From Eledone cirrhosa (taxonomy: Eukaryota): 64,000 nucleotides of DNA. The stretch covers positions 22,134,001 to 22,198,000 of the forward strand of contig OZ024749.1 of the NCBI GenBank assembly GCA_964016885.1. Direction: 5' to 3'. Below are positions 45,640-59,137 of the stretch, one piece after another (the first letter of the stretch is position 1; each line of letters starts with the position of its first letter). The translations under genes were made by a program, and so were the position numbers. Under the pieces are notes generated by a model, which ran no database searches, had not been told where the DNA came from, and saw only the letters and a program-made list of their open reading frames with translations.

Positions 45640-47260
45640 ACAAAATAGAAATACATGTTGTTTTATTAGCTTCACGCTTGCTGGAAAAAACAAAAGAAAT
45701 GTCGCATCCTATCAGTCGTTATGCCTTCACGAGGAAGAGTAATTTTCGGAGCTAAAGGTGGGTTTCGAATATATGCAATCCTGACGAACTGAGATCCTTT
45801 TAAACCTCATCAATAATATAAACTCTAATATCCAATTCTCTATGTATCGAAAATAATCCCTTTTTTTAAAGATAAACTAATGACAAAGAGCAACAGAAAA
45901 GCTAGACCTGATATATATTTAAACCCACAGACTTCTGACACAACCTTCTTTTGAAGTGTCTCATCGATCTCTCAACCTTATCTATATTCCATCAGAGGTA
46001 GCATAACAAATCTGCACAATAGCCTCAAACCCAATAACAAATGATCGCAAAATAGAAGAGATAAAAAAAATCCACATCATGAGGTAATATTCCCTGAATT
46101 TACTCGATAATAGTATTGAAAAAACAAGACAAATTAACACTCAGGAACTCTAAAAAACAAAAAAAAACAACAAAAAAAATAGTGTTATTCCATATATTTC
46201 GTCTCTTAATCGAAATAACACAGAAATCTATTCACACATATATTACCAAAGAAAAAAAATGAAAAGTATCTTACAGAAATATCTAATTATTAAAAGAAAA
46301 ATCAGGCAACACCTCAGAAAAAGATATTGACGAATGCAAAGCTACACACTATAATTATAGATCGTGAAGTTATGAAATGCATCTGAACAAACTGTGCGGT
46401 ATGCAGCTACATATTTAAAGTTACCGAATATCACTTGAAAGAGATACATATTTCAAAAATTAAAAACGTCTTCTCGTGTAACTCATACAAAGTAATATAT
46501 ATTATAACATGTAACGGTTACCATGAAAACTATATTGGTCAAACAGGTTTGATATTCAAACAAAGGATGACTGTACACCATCAAGAAGTTAGAGCACCGT
46601 ACACCATAAAATCCTTCTTGTTGCGAAGGACGAATTTTTAAAAATTTTGATATTTCCCATTTTATCAATGCACCTATGATATTTAACATCAGAACACCAA
46701 CGCATGAATAAGGCAATGTACTTTGTCGGACGCCATGCTTTGACGCATAGAGTTACGGCCCTTGCCATTCTGAGTTCAAATCCCGCCGAGGTTAACTTTG
46801 CCTTTCATCCTTACAGGGTCGATAAAATAAAGTACCAGTAATGCACTGGATAATTGCTGGCTTTGTGCCAAAAGTAGAAACAATTATTAAATACAAACCA
46901 AACCTAAACTTGTTGTAGTTTAACTAACATACGACATTTAATTTACGTTCATATTCAAACTAAAGTGTTTCCCTTGCCATATCAACATAGCACCCAGCAA
47001 TGGACAGCCATCCTTACTTGCGTTAACAAGGACGTAAGCAAGACATAACGTGTGGAAAATATATTCAACATGTCAGGCAACTCCAAAGATTGAATTGAAA
47101 CTTTGAGTAGCTAAACATAGCGAAACCGATCAGTACAAAAAGCATTTAGATAATCATGATTATTTTTTGTAAAATATGTACTTTAAATATATACGTATAA
47201 TATATTTCGTATGACCCATTTTATTATCGTTTAGTACTTCATGTATGTATAACAAACATT
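45640..47260 (+). mobile_element. Old decayed Neptune-like PLE 3' part, interrupted by a SINE
   Basis: FSCNSYKVIYIITCNGYHENYIGQTG..RMTVHHQEVR, then IFPF; resumes after the SINE as IIKYKPNLN (about 46883). Confidence 0.72.
46715..46882 (+). mobile_element. SINE
   Basis: ttctgagttcaaatcccgccgaggttaactttgcctttcatcc...gtcgataaaataaagtaccagt. Confidence 0.7.
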
Positions 47261-47310
47261 GGTACTTTTTTATAGTTGTTATTAATTTTCGTTATTATCG
47301 TCTCTCTCTC

Positions 47311-47504
<194 letters not shown>

Positions 47505-47707
47505 TATGTACACGTACATACACATATGTATACCGACGTACAGTAGTATGTATATATATATATACATACATGCACACATATATATATGCACGTATGGATT
47601 CACCGAACATTTATTATAATGCTCGGTGTGTTTGTAAACAAACATCCCGTATTAAGCCGTAGTGTCTAGCAACCACCGTTGCTCGTTTGTTCAACACTGA
47701 CAAAGGA

Positions 47708-47750
47708 ACGCTGTACTAGTTTCAAGCTTGTTAGCTATCGTCAGCAACGT
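47708..47750 (-). ncRNA. Hammerhead of the 422 bp unit (also at 48130-48172 and 48552-48594, minus)
   Basis: Reverse complement: ACGTTG-CTGACGA-T-AGCT(aaca)AGCT-T-GAAA-CTAG-TA-CAGCGT. Confidence 0.88.
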
Positions 47751-48659
47751 ATACCTTCCTGCCAGATTGTTGAACGTATATACTTACCTTATGCATATTA
47801 ACGGCTGAGTAGCCCAATATGCATATCGAGTGGGTTAATCGGCCGGGTGCACCGAAAACGATAAACGGAAAAAATGAAACGATATTTCATTTCCCACTCT
47901 TAGTACGGCTGTTACTTAAATATAAGTATGTACACGTACATACACATATGTATACCGACGTACAGTAGTATGTATATATATATATACATACATGCACACA
48001 TATATATATGCACGTATGGATTCACCGAACATTTATTATAATGCTCGGTGTGTTTGTAAACAAACATCCCGTATTAAGCCGTAGTGTCTAGCAACCACCG
48101 TTGCTCGTTTGTTCAACACTGACAAAGGAACGCTGTACTAGTTTCAAGCTTGTTAGCTATCGTCAGCAACGTATACCTTCCTGCCAGATTGTTGAACGTA
48201 TATACTTACCTTATGCATATTAACGGCTGAGTAGCCCAATATGCATATCGAGTGGGTTAATCGGCCGGGTGCACCGAAAACGATAAACGGAAAAAATGAA
48301 ACGATATTTCATTTCCCACTCTTAGTACGGCTGTTACTTAAATATAAGTATGTACACGTACATACACATATGTATACCGACGTACAGTAGTATGTATATA
48401 TATATATACATACATGCACACATATATATATGCACGTATGGATTCACCGAACATTTATTATAATGCTCGGTGTGTTTGTAAACAAACATCCCGTATTAAG
48501 CCGTAGTGTCTAGCAACCACCGTTGCTCGTTTGTTCAACACTGACAAAGGAACGCTGTACTAGTTTCAAGCTTGTTAGCTATCGTCAGCAACGTATACCT
48601 TCCTGCCAGATTGTTGAACGTATATACTTACCTTATGCATATTAACGGCAGGAAGGTAT

Positions 48660-48702
48660 ACGTTGCTGACGATAGCTAACAAGCTTGAAACTAGTACAGC
48701 GT
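48660..48702 (+). ncRNA. Hammerhead of the 422 bp unit (also at 49082-49124, plus)
   Basis: ACGTTG-CTGACGA-TAGCTAACAAGCTT-GAAA-CTAG-TA-CAGCGT; palindromic ACTAGT. Confidence 0.88.
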
Positions 48703-49387
48703 TCCTTTGTCAGTGTTGAACAAACGAGCAACGGTGGTTGCTAGACACTACGGCTTAATACGGGATGTTTGTTTACAAACACACCGAGCATTATAATAAA
48801 TGTTCGGTGAATCCATACGTGCATATATATATGTGTGCATGTATGTATATATATATATACATACTACTGTACGTCGGTATACATATGTGTATGTACGTGT
48901 ACATACTTATATTTAAGTAACAGCCGTACTAAGAGTGGGAAATGAAATATCGTTTCATTTTTTCCGTTTATCGTTTTCGGTGCACCCGGCCGATTAACCC
49001 ACTCGATATGCATATTGGGCTACTCAGCCGTTAATATGCATAAGGTAAGTATATACGTTCAACAATCTGGCAGGAAGGTATACGTTGCTGACGATAGCTA
49101 ACAAGCTTGAAACTAGTACAGCGTTCCTTTGTCAGTGTTGAACAAACGAGCAACGGTGGTTGCTAGACACTACGGCTTAATACGGGATGTTTGTTTACAA
49201 ACACACCGAGCATTATAATAAATGTTCGGTGAATCCATACGTGCATATATATATGTGTGCATGTATGTATATATATATATACATACTACTGTACGTCGGT
49301 ATACATATGTGTATGTACGTGTACATACTTATATTTAAGTAACAGCCGTACTAAGAGTGGGAAATGAAATATCGTTTCATTTTTTCC

Positions 49388-49446
<59 letters not shown>

Positions 49447-49478
49447 TATATACATATATATATATACATATATACATA

Positions 49479-50941
49479 GTTTTGCGAGGTTTATTTTATA
49501 TGAAATCGTGTGTCGAAACAAATATTGTTATACTACCTGTATTAGACACGGAACTCTGGATTAACACTATAGACGAGAGAGCCCAAATTCTCCACTCACA
49601 CAATGCTAAACCCATGGCCTCCAAATACCTGATACTCAAAAACTCACCAATGTCCAGTAGTGCTAAGTTTAATATTCTGATCGCAGATTTGGTACGAGTG
49701 ATGAAGAATGTGTCCCGCATGTGCGACCCATAGTAATGGAAAGACACATCCAACACTTCATCAACCGCATACAGTTCTCTGGCTACAACCAAAGAGACAG
49801 AGTCAGAGTATACGAAGGAGCCATGGAGAAGTATAAGACCCTCATAGAACTGGACATGAAAGGAATTTGCCCATTATACAGGAGCAAATCATGGAATAGC
49901 TTAGATAGGGCTAGACATAAGATAGGGAAAGCCACCTCATGGTACGACAACCAGAGATACCAGAGTGTCATGTTTGTGGACGCTACCCCTGGAGGGAAAT
50001 TAGCTAACCAGTGTAGAAAGGCCCTGAGAAAGACCCACTTAAAAATAAAGGTGGTAGAAAAGCCAGGAACCACCATAAAATCCCTGATCAGCAAAACCTA
50101 CCCTTTTAAGAAAACCCACTGTACCAATAGGAAATGTATCATATGTAAGGTGAACCCCGGGATAAACAGTAAAACTAGAAACGTAGTCTATAGCATAAGA
50201 TGTACAGAGGGTACCTGCAGAAACATGACAACAACATACATAGGTGAAACATAGACAACATAGAAATTAGAATAATATTTAAACATAGAAATGACCCAGC
50301 AGATAGGCAAATCAGAGAGGCCAGTGAAATAGAACTTAGAAGGCCAAGGCTAAACAGAAAGAATGAATGGAATAACAACAAAACCCAAACAAACAACAGT
50401 GACCTAAGAGAAGTATAAATAAATAAATAAATAGATAAATAAATAAATAAATACATACACAAGCACAATAACAACAAACACATATAAACACACACTAGTA
50501 AAGATAGAATACATTAACCGATACACAGTCACCCAATCACGAACACACATCAAACAAAACACTATACAGACACGCAAACGCTTGCGCAAAGAAGACAAAA
50601 TAAAATAAAGAAACAAACAAATAAATAAATAAATATATAGACAGACTAAATAAAAATGACGTAGACATACAATGTAACGGGAGGAAACAATAGCACCACT
50701 GACGATGTTGCAGATGTGCAACGAAAGAACTTTGATAAACTATATATATGTGTTTGTGTCGATATTGTATCTGTATTATTTTTGACCGTTGGTCAGTCAA
50801 TGGCAACATTGAGGACCGAATAAATTAGATTACCGATATAAAAGACAGAGAAGCGAAAAGCGAAAACCAAACAAACAGTGAGTGTGATCTATTATTAATT
50901 CTGGCAATATTACACAAATATGACCCTCCCCAAGTATAACC

Positions 50942-50945
<4 letters not shown>
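49479..50945 (+). mobile_element. 5'-truncated PLE family B with a short inverted 3' end at 49479-49532
   Basis: LPVLDTELWI, ILIADLVRVMKN, SVMFVDATPGG, CTNRKCIIC, NVVYSIRC..YIGET then an internal deletion. 49479-49532 matches 4568-4619. Confidence 0.9.
50694..50737 (+). ncRNA. Hammerhead motif (family B)
   Basis: CACCA-CTGACGA-T-GTTGCA(gatg)TGCAAC-GAAA-GAAC-TT-TGATA; stem II perfect, stem I weak. Confidence 0.62.
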
Positions 50946-50988
<43 letters not shown>

Positions 50989-51315
50989 TATACATATATA
51001 TATATAGACATATATATATATATATACATATATATACATATATATATATATATACATATATTTATATATATAACAATATATTTAGAAACACACAGATACA
51101 TGCGGACACACATATATATACATGAATGCATCCGCACCCAACTGTGAGTTAAGGGTGCCAACTTCACCGATGTTGCTCAATGAATGACTGGGACAGACCA
51201 ATTCAGTTTGAACTAGACTGAACCAGTATCAGAGTTAAAAATACATTATGAAGAGAGAAGAAACATTTAGATATAATTAGTAATAAAATGTATCATACCC
51301 AAACTGCTCCTAAAT

Positions 51316-51403
51316 TCCTCGACTACGTAGTTTCGTGGCATAAACAAAAACAATATATCAAAGATATAGAGTCCTTGCGAGGTCTGCCGACTTATCAAGA
51401 GGA
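51316..51403 (-). ncRNA. Hammerhead, U3-A8 core
   Basis: Reverse complement of 52433-52520. Confidence 0.8.
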
Positions 51404-51838
51404 TACCCCATTTTACTAGTCTCAAGAACGCGTCTACACGACGTGAGAAAGAATCCCAAAAGGCGGAGGGGGAGATAGTCACGCGATATAACGGTCGAGA
51501 AACAGAGCTAAGCCTCTTATAACCACGAAGAAAATACCACGGAGGCGGAGGGGGTATTCATATCGAGGCCGTAGAAGAGGTAGTGAAGAAGGCGAGAAGT
51601 ATGAGTAATGGAAGCTTTCCAGTTGTCCCCACACTTCAAAGATTGCTCGACCAGAGGGAGTTATTAACAATATATTTAGAAACACACCTGGTTATAAGAG
51701 GCTTAGCTCTGTTTCCGTGGTTATAAGAGGCTTAGCTCTGTTTCTCGACCGTTATATCGCGTGACTATCTCCCCTCCGCCTTTTGGGATTCTTTCTCACG
51801 TCGTGTAGACGCGTTCTTGAGACTAGTAAAATGGGGTA

Positions 51839-51926
51839 TCCTCTTGATAAGTCGGCAGACCTCGCAAGGACTCTATATCTTTGATATATTGTTTTTGTTT
51901 ATGCCACGAAACTACGTAGTTGAGGA
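51839..51926 (+). ncRNA. Hammerhead, U3-A8 core, GUU triplet
   Basis: TCCTC-TTGATAA-GT(c)GGCA...TGCCAC-GAAA-CTACGTAG-TT-GAGGA. Confidence 0.78.
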
Positions 51927-52432
51927 ATTTAGGAGCAGTTTGGGTATGATACATTTTATTACTAATTATATCTAAATGTTTCTTCTCTCTTCATAATGTA
52001 TTTTTAACTCTGATACTGGTTCAGTCTAGTTCAAACTGAATTGGTCTGTCCCAGTCATTCATTGAGCAACATCGGTGAAGTTGGCACCCTTAACTCACAG
52101 TTGGGTGCGGATGCATTCATGTATATATATGTGTGTCCGCATGTATCTGTGTGTTTCTAAATATATTGTTAATAACTCCCTCTGGTCGAGCAATCTTTGA
52201 AGTGTGGGGACAACTGGAAAGCTTCCATTACTCATACTTCTCGCCTTCTTCACTACCTCTTCTACGGCCTCGATATGAATACCCCCTCCGCCTCCGTGGT
52301 ATTTTCTTCGTGGTTATAAGAGGCTTAGCTCTGTTTCTCGACCGTTATATCGCGTGACTATCTCCCCCTCCGCCTTTTGGGATTCTTTCTCACGTCGTGT
52401 AGACGCGTTCTTGAGACTAGTAAAATGGGGTA

Positions 52433-52520
52433 TCCTCTTGATAAGTCGGCAGACCTCGCAAGGACTCTATATCTTTGATATATTGTTTTTGTTTATGCCA
52501 CGAAACTACGTAGTCGAGGA
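52433..52520 (+). ncRNA. Hammerhead, U3-A8 core, GUC triplet
   Basis: TCCTC-TTGATAA-GT(c)GGCA...TGCCAC-GAAA-CTACGTAG-TC-GAGGA; palindromic ACTACGTAGT. Confidence 0.82.
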
Positions 52521-52589
52521 ATTTAGGAGCAGTTTGGGTATGATACATTTTATTACTAATTATATCTAAATGCTTCTTCTCTCTTCATA

Positions 52590-52670
<81 letters not shown>

Positions 52671-52706
52671 TATATATATATATACATATAGTTTTAATGT
52701 AGATGA

Positions 52707-52755
52707 GATTCTACAGGACTAGAACTGTTTCATTCTTTAGAAATCATCAGGAATC
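52707..52755 (-). ncRNA. Type I hammerhead (left arm of a 135 bp palindrome)
   Basis: Reverse complement: GATTC-CTGATGA-T-TTC(taaa)GAA-T-GAAA-CAG(ttctagtc)CTG-TA-GAATC. Confidence 0.82.
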
Positions 52756-52758
52756 CCT

Positions 52759-52807
52759 GATTCCCGATGATTTCTAAAGAATGAAACAGTTCTAGTCCTG
52801 TAGAATC
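52759..52807 (+). ncRNA. Hammerhead copy with a U4C core mutation (right arm)
   Basis: GATTC-CCGATGA-TTTCTAAAGAAT-GAAA-CAGTTCTAGTCCTG-TA-GAATC. Confidence 0.7.
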
Positions 52808-52890
52808 TCATCTATATTAAAACTTTCATACTCTGCAATGTATTGAGTACCTTACTTACTGTGGTTACCTCCGATTCAACCCGGAATAAC

Positions 52891-52962
<72 letters not shown>

Positions 52963-53061
52963 TATAAATATATATATATATACATATATATACATATATA
53001 TATACATATATACTTATATATATATACATATATATACATATATATATACATATATATATAT

Positions 53062-53110
<49 letters not shown>

Positions 53111-53164
53111 TATAAAATAAACTAAAATAAATAAGTCAAATCTTTAAATTTGGCTTCGTTTATT

Positions 53165-53219
53165 ACTGCTATATGTATTTCGGTGACAGCCATCTTTGGC
53201 TGTGACCTCTTCAGGCAGT
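53165..53219 (-). ncRNA. Type I minimal hammerhead in a non-coding island (53115-53762)
   Basis: Reverse complement: ACTGC-CTGAAGA-GGT(c)ACAGCCA(aaga)TGGCTGT(c)ACC-GAAA-TACATA-TA-GCAGT. Confidence 0.88.
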
Positions 53220-53759
53220 CCGAATTAGTGTGGTAGAGACGAGTACACATGTTGTTGAGGTGTTTAACTTTGTCAATACTTTGATATGCCCAGTTCCTGG
53301 TTGGGTTGTTATTTCACTGAGGAACTGGAATCATATGAATTTAAACAAACGAATTTCAGCGTCAAAGGAATCTTTTCCTCTCATTAGTCAGTTGTGAGAA
53401 CATTCCTCAGTCAAAAGTCTATAGAAATTTGTTCTGAGGCGAGGGAATCTGTAGTGGTTGTTCTTGTTATTGTTAAGTACATCTGACCTCTACTCTTATG
53501 TTGGTAGTGGTGTTGGTTTTGGAGTCAGCTCAAACAAATGATAAAGTGGTAGAAGGAATAAGATGGTAAAAGAACAAAATAAAATAAGATAATCAAATAA
53601 AATGTGTGTGTTATACCCAATCTCAATGTTAGAAAGATTTGTAAGGTCACTCCTCCCATTGGTCAGTTGTGAGAGCATTCCTCAGTCAAAAGTCTATAGA
53701 AATTCTTTCTGGGGTGAGGCCACCTGTAGTGTTTGTTTTTGCTATAAAAATATAAAAAT

Positions 53760-53866
<107 letters not shown>

Positions 53867-53868
53867 AT

Positions 53869-53989
<121 letters not shown>

Positions 53990-54274
53990 CAGAAATTAGA
54001 ATTGGAGCTCTGAAATAGCCATATATATATGAATGTATATATAGTGTATTTTGCAATACACTTTATGCTTAATTAAAAGCATTTTGAAGACCGTATGCTA
54101 TTGTTTTAGAGTAGTGACAGACTCACTTACTTTAATTTCAGCAAACAGGGGGAGATAAAGCTGACTGGGTTGCCAGTTTAGTCGTCAACGACCCGACCAT
54201 GAGACAGGTTGTACTGGGATACATGTTACCAGTAGGACCAACTGGTGACCTGACATATATATATATATATATAT

Positions 54275-54353
<79 letters not shown>

Positions 54354-54432
54354 CTTATCTACCGATCTATCTGTATATATAAAATACACACCAGCTGACA
54401 CCATCACCACACATACATACTTACATACATAC

Positions 54433-54524
<92 letters not shown>

Positions 54525-54724
54525 TTTTCTAATGTATTTAGACAGATAGATAGATCGATGCTAGATAGTCAGAACAATAACTATAGGAAGCACGACGGAA
54601 ACGGAATCAACAAACAAACAACCAACAAAATTGAACGTAAATTGAGTGAAGTTTTGAGTAGAGACATATTCATATATTTTGGCAAAAATCTCTCATTAAA
54701 ACTGATTTTAGATTTTATGTTTAT

Positions 54725-55680
54725 ATATTTTGTGTGTTGTGTATGTTGGGTGTTGTATGTTGTGTGTTGTAGGTTGTGTTGTGTGTTGTATGTTGTGTGT
54801 TGTGTGTTGTTTGTTGTGTGTTGTGTACGTGTAGTTTGTTGTGCTTTGTACGTGTAGTATGTATATGCTTTTATGTGTGTGTTCGTTTATGCGCGTGTGT
54901 AATGTGTGTGCTGCGCGTGTGCTGCGTGTGTGCCTTTATGTGGCAGTTTGAGTGTGTACATGTGTGTTGTGTGTGCGTTTATGTGTGTGTGTATTGTGTG
55001 CTGTGTGTGTGTGTGGTGTGTGCGTCTATGTGAGAGTTTGTGTGTGAACATGTGTGTTGTGTGTGCGTTTATGCGTGTGTTGTGTGGTGTGTGTGCTGTG
55101 TGTGTGTGTGGTGTGTGTGATGTGTGTGGGATGTGTGTGTGATATGTGTATACATTTATGTGTTTGCGGTAGTACGTGCGTGTTTCGTGCGTGTGCATGT
55201 GTGTGTGTGTACTGTGTGTGCCTTTGTGTGTTTACATGCGAGTTGTGTATGCGTTTATGTGTATGTGTGCTTATGTGTATGTGTGTGTTTGATGTATGTG
55301 TGTGTTTTGTGTATCTTTGTGTTTGCGTTTGTGCGTGCATGTTTCATGTGTGTGTGTTGTGTGTGTGTGTGTGTATGTATATGTGTGTGTGTATATGTAG
55401 GTGTATATGTGTGTGTGTATGTGTGTTTATCTGTGCGCGTGTGTTTGTACGTTGATATGTGTGTGCCCGTGTGTGTATGTTTATGTGTATGTTTTGTGTG
55501 TTTGCTTTTTATGCGTGTATGTGTTTCTTTTGTGTATTATGTATATGTGTGTGTAAGGTGTGTGTTGTGCGTGACTGTGTGTAAATGTGTGGCAGTCTGT
55601 CTGTGTTTGTGTGATGTGCGTGACTTTGAGTATGTGTGTATGAGTCTGTGTGTGTGTATGTGTGTGTGTGCGTGTGAGGA
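54725..55680. repeat. Degenerate (GT)n-rich tract
   Basis: Visible low-complexity sequence. Confidence 0.9.
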
Positions 55681-55739
55681 ATATTCTAAGTTTTGTATTT
55701 CGTTATATGAAAATATAAGTACAAACACGCTGTTGTCAC

Positions 55740-55991
55740 TGTTGTTGTTGTTGTTGTTGGTGGTGGTGGAGGTTGGTTAAGATGGTGGTAGTGGAGTGTG
55801 TTAGTGCTGCTGGTGAGTTGTGTTGATAGAAGTGGTGGGTTTACTACTACTACTACCACTACTACTACTACTACTACCTCTACTACTACTACTACCACCG
55901 CCACTACCATCACTACCACCACCACCACTTCTAATACCACCACCACTACCAATACTACTACTACTGCCACCACCACCACCACTACCACCAA

Positions 55992-56025
<34 letters not shown>

Positions 56026-56032
56026 GCTGCTG

Positions 56033-56078
<46 letters not shown>

Positions 56079-56428
56079 AAGTGTTTAATTTGTTTATGAA
56101 ATACCTCATGTTTAGTACACAGGAAGGACTAATTGAAGAAAGATGACTTAGTTCAGTATAAATTCCAACTAAAACAGCAACAACAACTACAATAACAACA
56201 ATAGTAGAAGCAGCAACAACAACAATAGTAACTACAGTAACACCATCCACCACCACCACAACAACAACAACAGCAACAGACTTATATACATACATGCACA
56301 TATAGACACACATGAATATATATATATATGTATATATATATATTCAAATATACGTACACACACACACAAACATATATATATATATATATATAATATTCTA
56401 TATATCTATATATAAATGGAGAGAGAGC

Positions 56429-56459
<31 letters not shown>

Positions 56460-57154
56460 GGAGAGATAGAAAGAAAGAGAGAGAGGGAGAGAAAGAGAGA
56501 GAGGGAAAGAAAAGGAGAGAGAAGGAGAGAAAGGGAGAGAGAGAGGGAAAGAGAGAGAAAGGGAGAGAGAGAGGGAAAGAAAGAGAAAGAGAGGAAGAGA
56601 GAAAGAGAGAAAGAGATAGAGAGAGAGAGAGAGGGAACACTACACAACGATGAAAATAATCGGCAGCGGCCATGACATAAAAATACCGAGTGTTTTGTCG
56701 TATTACATGGTATTGCTGAGTTCAAATCCCTGCATGGTAGTAGGTATGATCTGAAGAAGACAAACTAATAAAGTGAAATACTCTCAGTCGATTTCTATAC
56801 AAGCTAAGACAAATAATGACCCATTTAGGGATACCTCTGACCGTAAATGTCACAAAAATTACAATAAACATATCAGTAAGACATAACCCCATCCACCCAC
56901 CCTAATTCTTTCTCTTCTCACAAAGATTTTTTTCCTCCATATTATTTCCTTCTCTTCCGTTTTGCATTTTTTATTTCCTAGTTCGCCATTAAATATTTCG
57001 TGCAACAAAACCCTTTTCATTTTAAGAACTACTTCTGTGAGGTTTTTGTTATTTTTATTATCAATTTATTTGTGTATTTATTGCTTATCACGGTCGACAT
57101 TTTTACAGCCGCGTGGTCACGAATTGGCCTCTTTCAGCAACAGCAACAGAAACA

Positions 57155-57239
<85 letters not shown>

Positions 57240-57866
57240 CAACTGTAACTAGAGTAACAACAACGTTGCTGACAATGCCACTGTCACGACACCACAACAA
57301 CCGCTACCATCGCAACCACCACCTATATTACCAGCGCTACTACCACCGCCACCACCACCATCACCGCCACATCCACCACCACCATCATCATCACAAATAA
57401 CAATATCACTACCACCACCAACACAATCGACACCACACCACTACCACTAGCACAACCACCAGCACCAGCATTCACCACCACTGCCACAAACAGTACCACC
57501 ACCAGCACCACCACCTGCACAAAAATAACGCCACCACCACCAACAACACCACAGCCACCAATAGCACCAGCACCAGCACCACCAACAACAACATCACAAT
57601 AACCAGCACCAACACCGCAACCAGCACCACAACGACCACCACCAACAACATCACAATAACCAGCACCAGCACCACAACCACAACCAGCACCACAACCAGG
57701 AAAACCACCACCACCACCACCACCACAATCATCACCACCAGCACATCACAAAATACCTAATAATCAAGACAACGTCTTCAACAACGGCAGCCATTTTAAT
57801 GATCTCAGAATCGAGAAAAACAATCTAATTTTTAGACACTTTGCCAAGAACTGTCACATAACTGTC

Positions 57867-57900
<34 letters not shown>

Positions 57901-58158
57901 TGTATGTATGTATGTATGTATGTATGTATGTATGTATGTGTGTGTATGTGTATGTATGTATGTATTGGTATAAGTATGTATGCATGCCTGTATGTATGCA
58001 TGTATGCATGAATGTATGTGTGTATGTATGTACGTATGTATGTGTATGTATGTATGTATGTATGTATGTGTGTGTGTATGTAATTATCTATACATGCATG
58101 CATGTCTATGTATATGTATGTGTATATGTATGTATGCGTATGTGTGTATAAATATAAG

Positions 58159-58193
<35 letters not shown>

Positions 58194-58499
58194 GTATGTA
58201 AATATAGATATGTATATATATATACATACATACGTATATATGTGTAGATTTTATATACATAGATAAACACATACACACCCCCGAACATATATATATATAA
58301 AGTCTGAGAGAGAGGAGAGAGAGAAGAGGGAGGTGATGGATAGAGAGAGGAGAGTGAGAGAGAGGGAAATCGAGATCGAGAGAAGGAGAGAGTGGGAGAG
58401 AGAGAGTGAGAGAGAGTGAGAGAGAAGGAGAGAAGGAGAGAAAGAGGAGGGAGAGAGAAGGGGTCAGTAGAGAGAAGGAGTGAAAGAGAGAGAGAGAGT

Positions 58500-58574
<75 letters not shown>

Positions 58575-58580
58575 GAGAGT
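55740..58580. repeat. Mosaic of microsatellites: (ACT/ACC)n, (GA)n, (CAG)n at 57135-57245, (CAC)n, (TATG)n
   Basis: Visible tandem runs separated by short unique segments. Confidence 0.88.
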
Positions 58581-58972
58581 GTGATAAGAAAGATGACATG
58601 ATCTTGCTGAACTCAATACGCATAAAACAACAGAGCAATATTGTATATGGCGGAAAAAAATGGCAGCCAGTCATAAAATAATATAAATAAATATGGTATA
58701 TTTTCTTTTCAAAATGGCGGAAAACTTAAGCCCAATAAAACCTTCTGATCCAACATTTCCCGTCACTGCCAACACCCCTCTCACTCTCTCCTATCTACTG
58801 GGTTCTCTTCTCTCTCTATTACTCCCTACTTCATCTCCTTCGTACAACACTTATTTCGTCCCTCAGTTATATTATGTGTAAATCATCTTACCGTAACGTC
58901 GCTTGAAATTATTTATTAATTTTCGCTTCAACCCACAAACAATAAAATATACAAAAACAAAAACATGGTATT

Positions 58973-59123
58973 TTCTTCTTCTTCTTCTTCTTCTTCTTCT
59001 TCTTCTTCTTCTTCTTCTTCTTCTTCTTCTTCTTCTTCTTCTTCTTCTTCTTCTTCTTCTTCTTCTTCTTCTTCTTCTTCTTCTTCTTCTTCTTCTTCTT
59101 CTTCTTCTTCTTCTTCTTCTTCT
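58973..59123. repeat. (CTT)n microsatellite
   Basis: Perfect triplet run. Confidence 0.97.
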
Positions 59124-59137
59124 CTGGTAGTTGGATG

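Larger units (their letters stand above)
51071..52595. mobile_element. Retrozyme-like element: about 593 bp unit, one minus copy plus about 1.5 plus copies, head to head
   Basis: cgtggttataagagg at 51716 and 52309. 51071-51687 is the reverse complement of the unit. (TA)n flanks. Confidence 0.92.

Noticed and set aside
47080-47108. ACTC-caaaga...GAAA-CT-TT-GAGT downstream of the decayed PLE
   Set aside because: The position fits an HHR, but the core and stem II are too degraded to call.
51267-52569. Duplicated 68-74 aa ORFs in the 593 bp unit
   Set aside because: Their identity reflects the DNA repeat; they have non-ATG starts, no recognisable motifs, and one overlaps the ribozyme.
58600-58730. 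Promoter-like island (AAAATGGC YY1-like motifs; also CCGGAAGT at about 63394)
   Set aside because: Short motifs only, with no supported downstream exon or gene.
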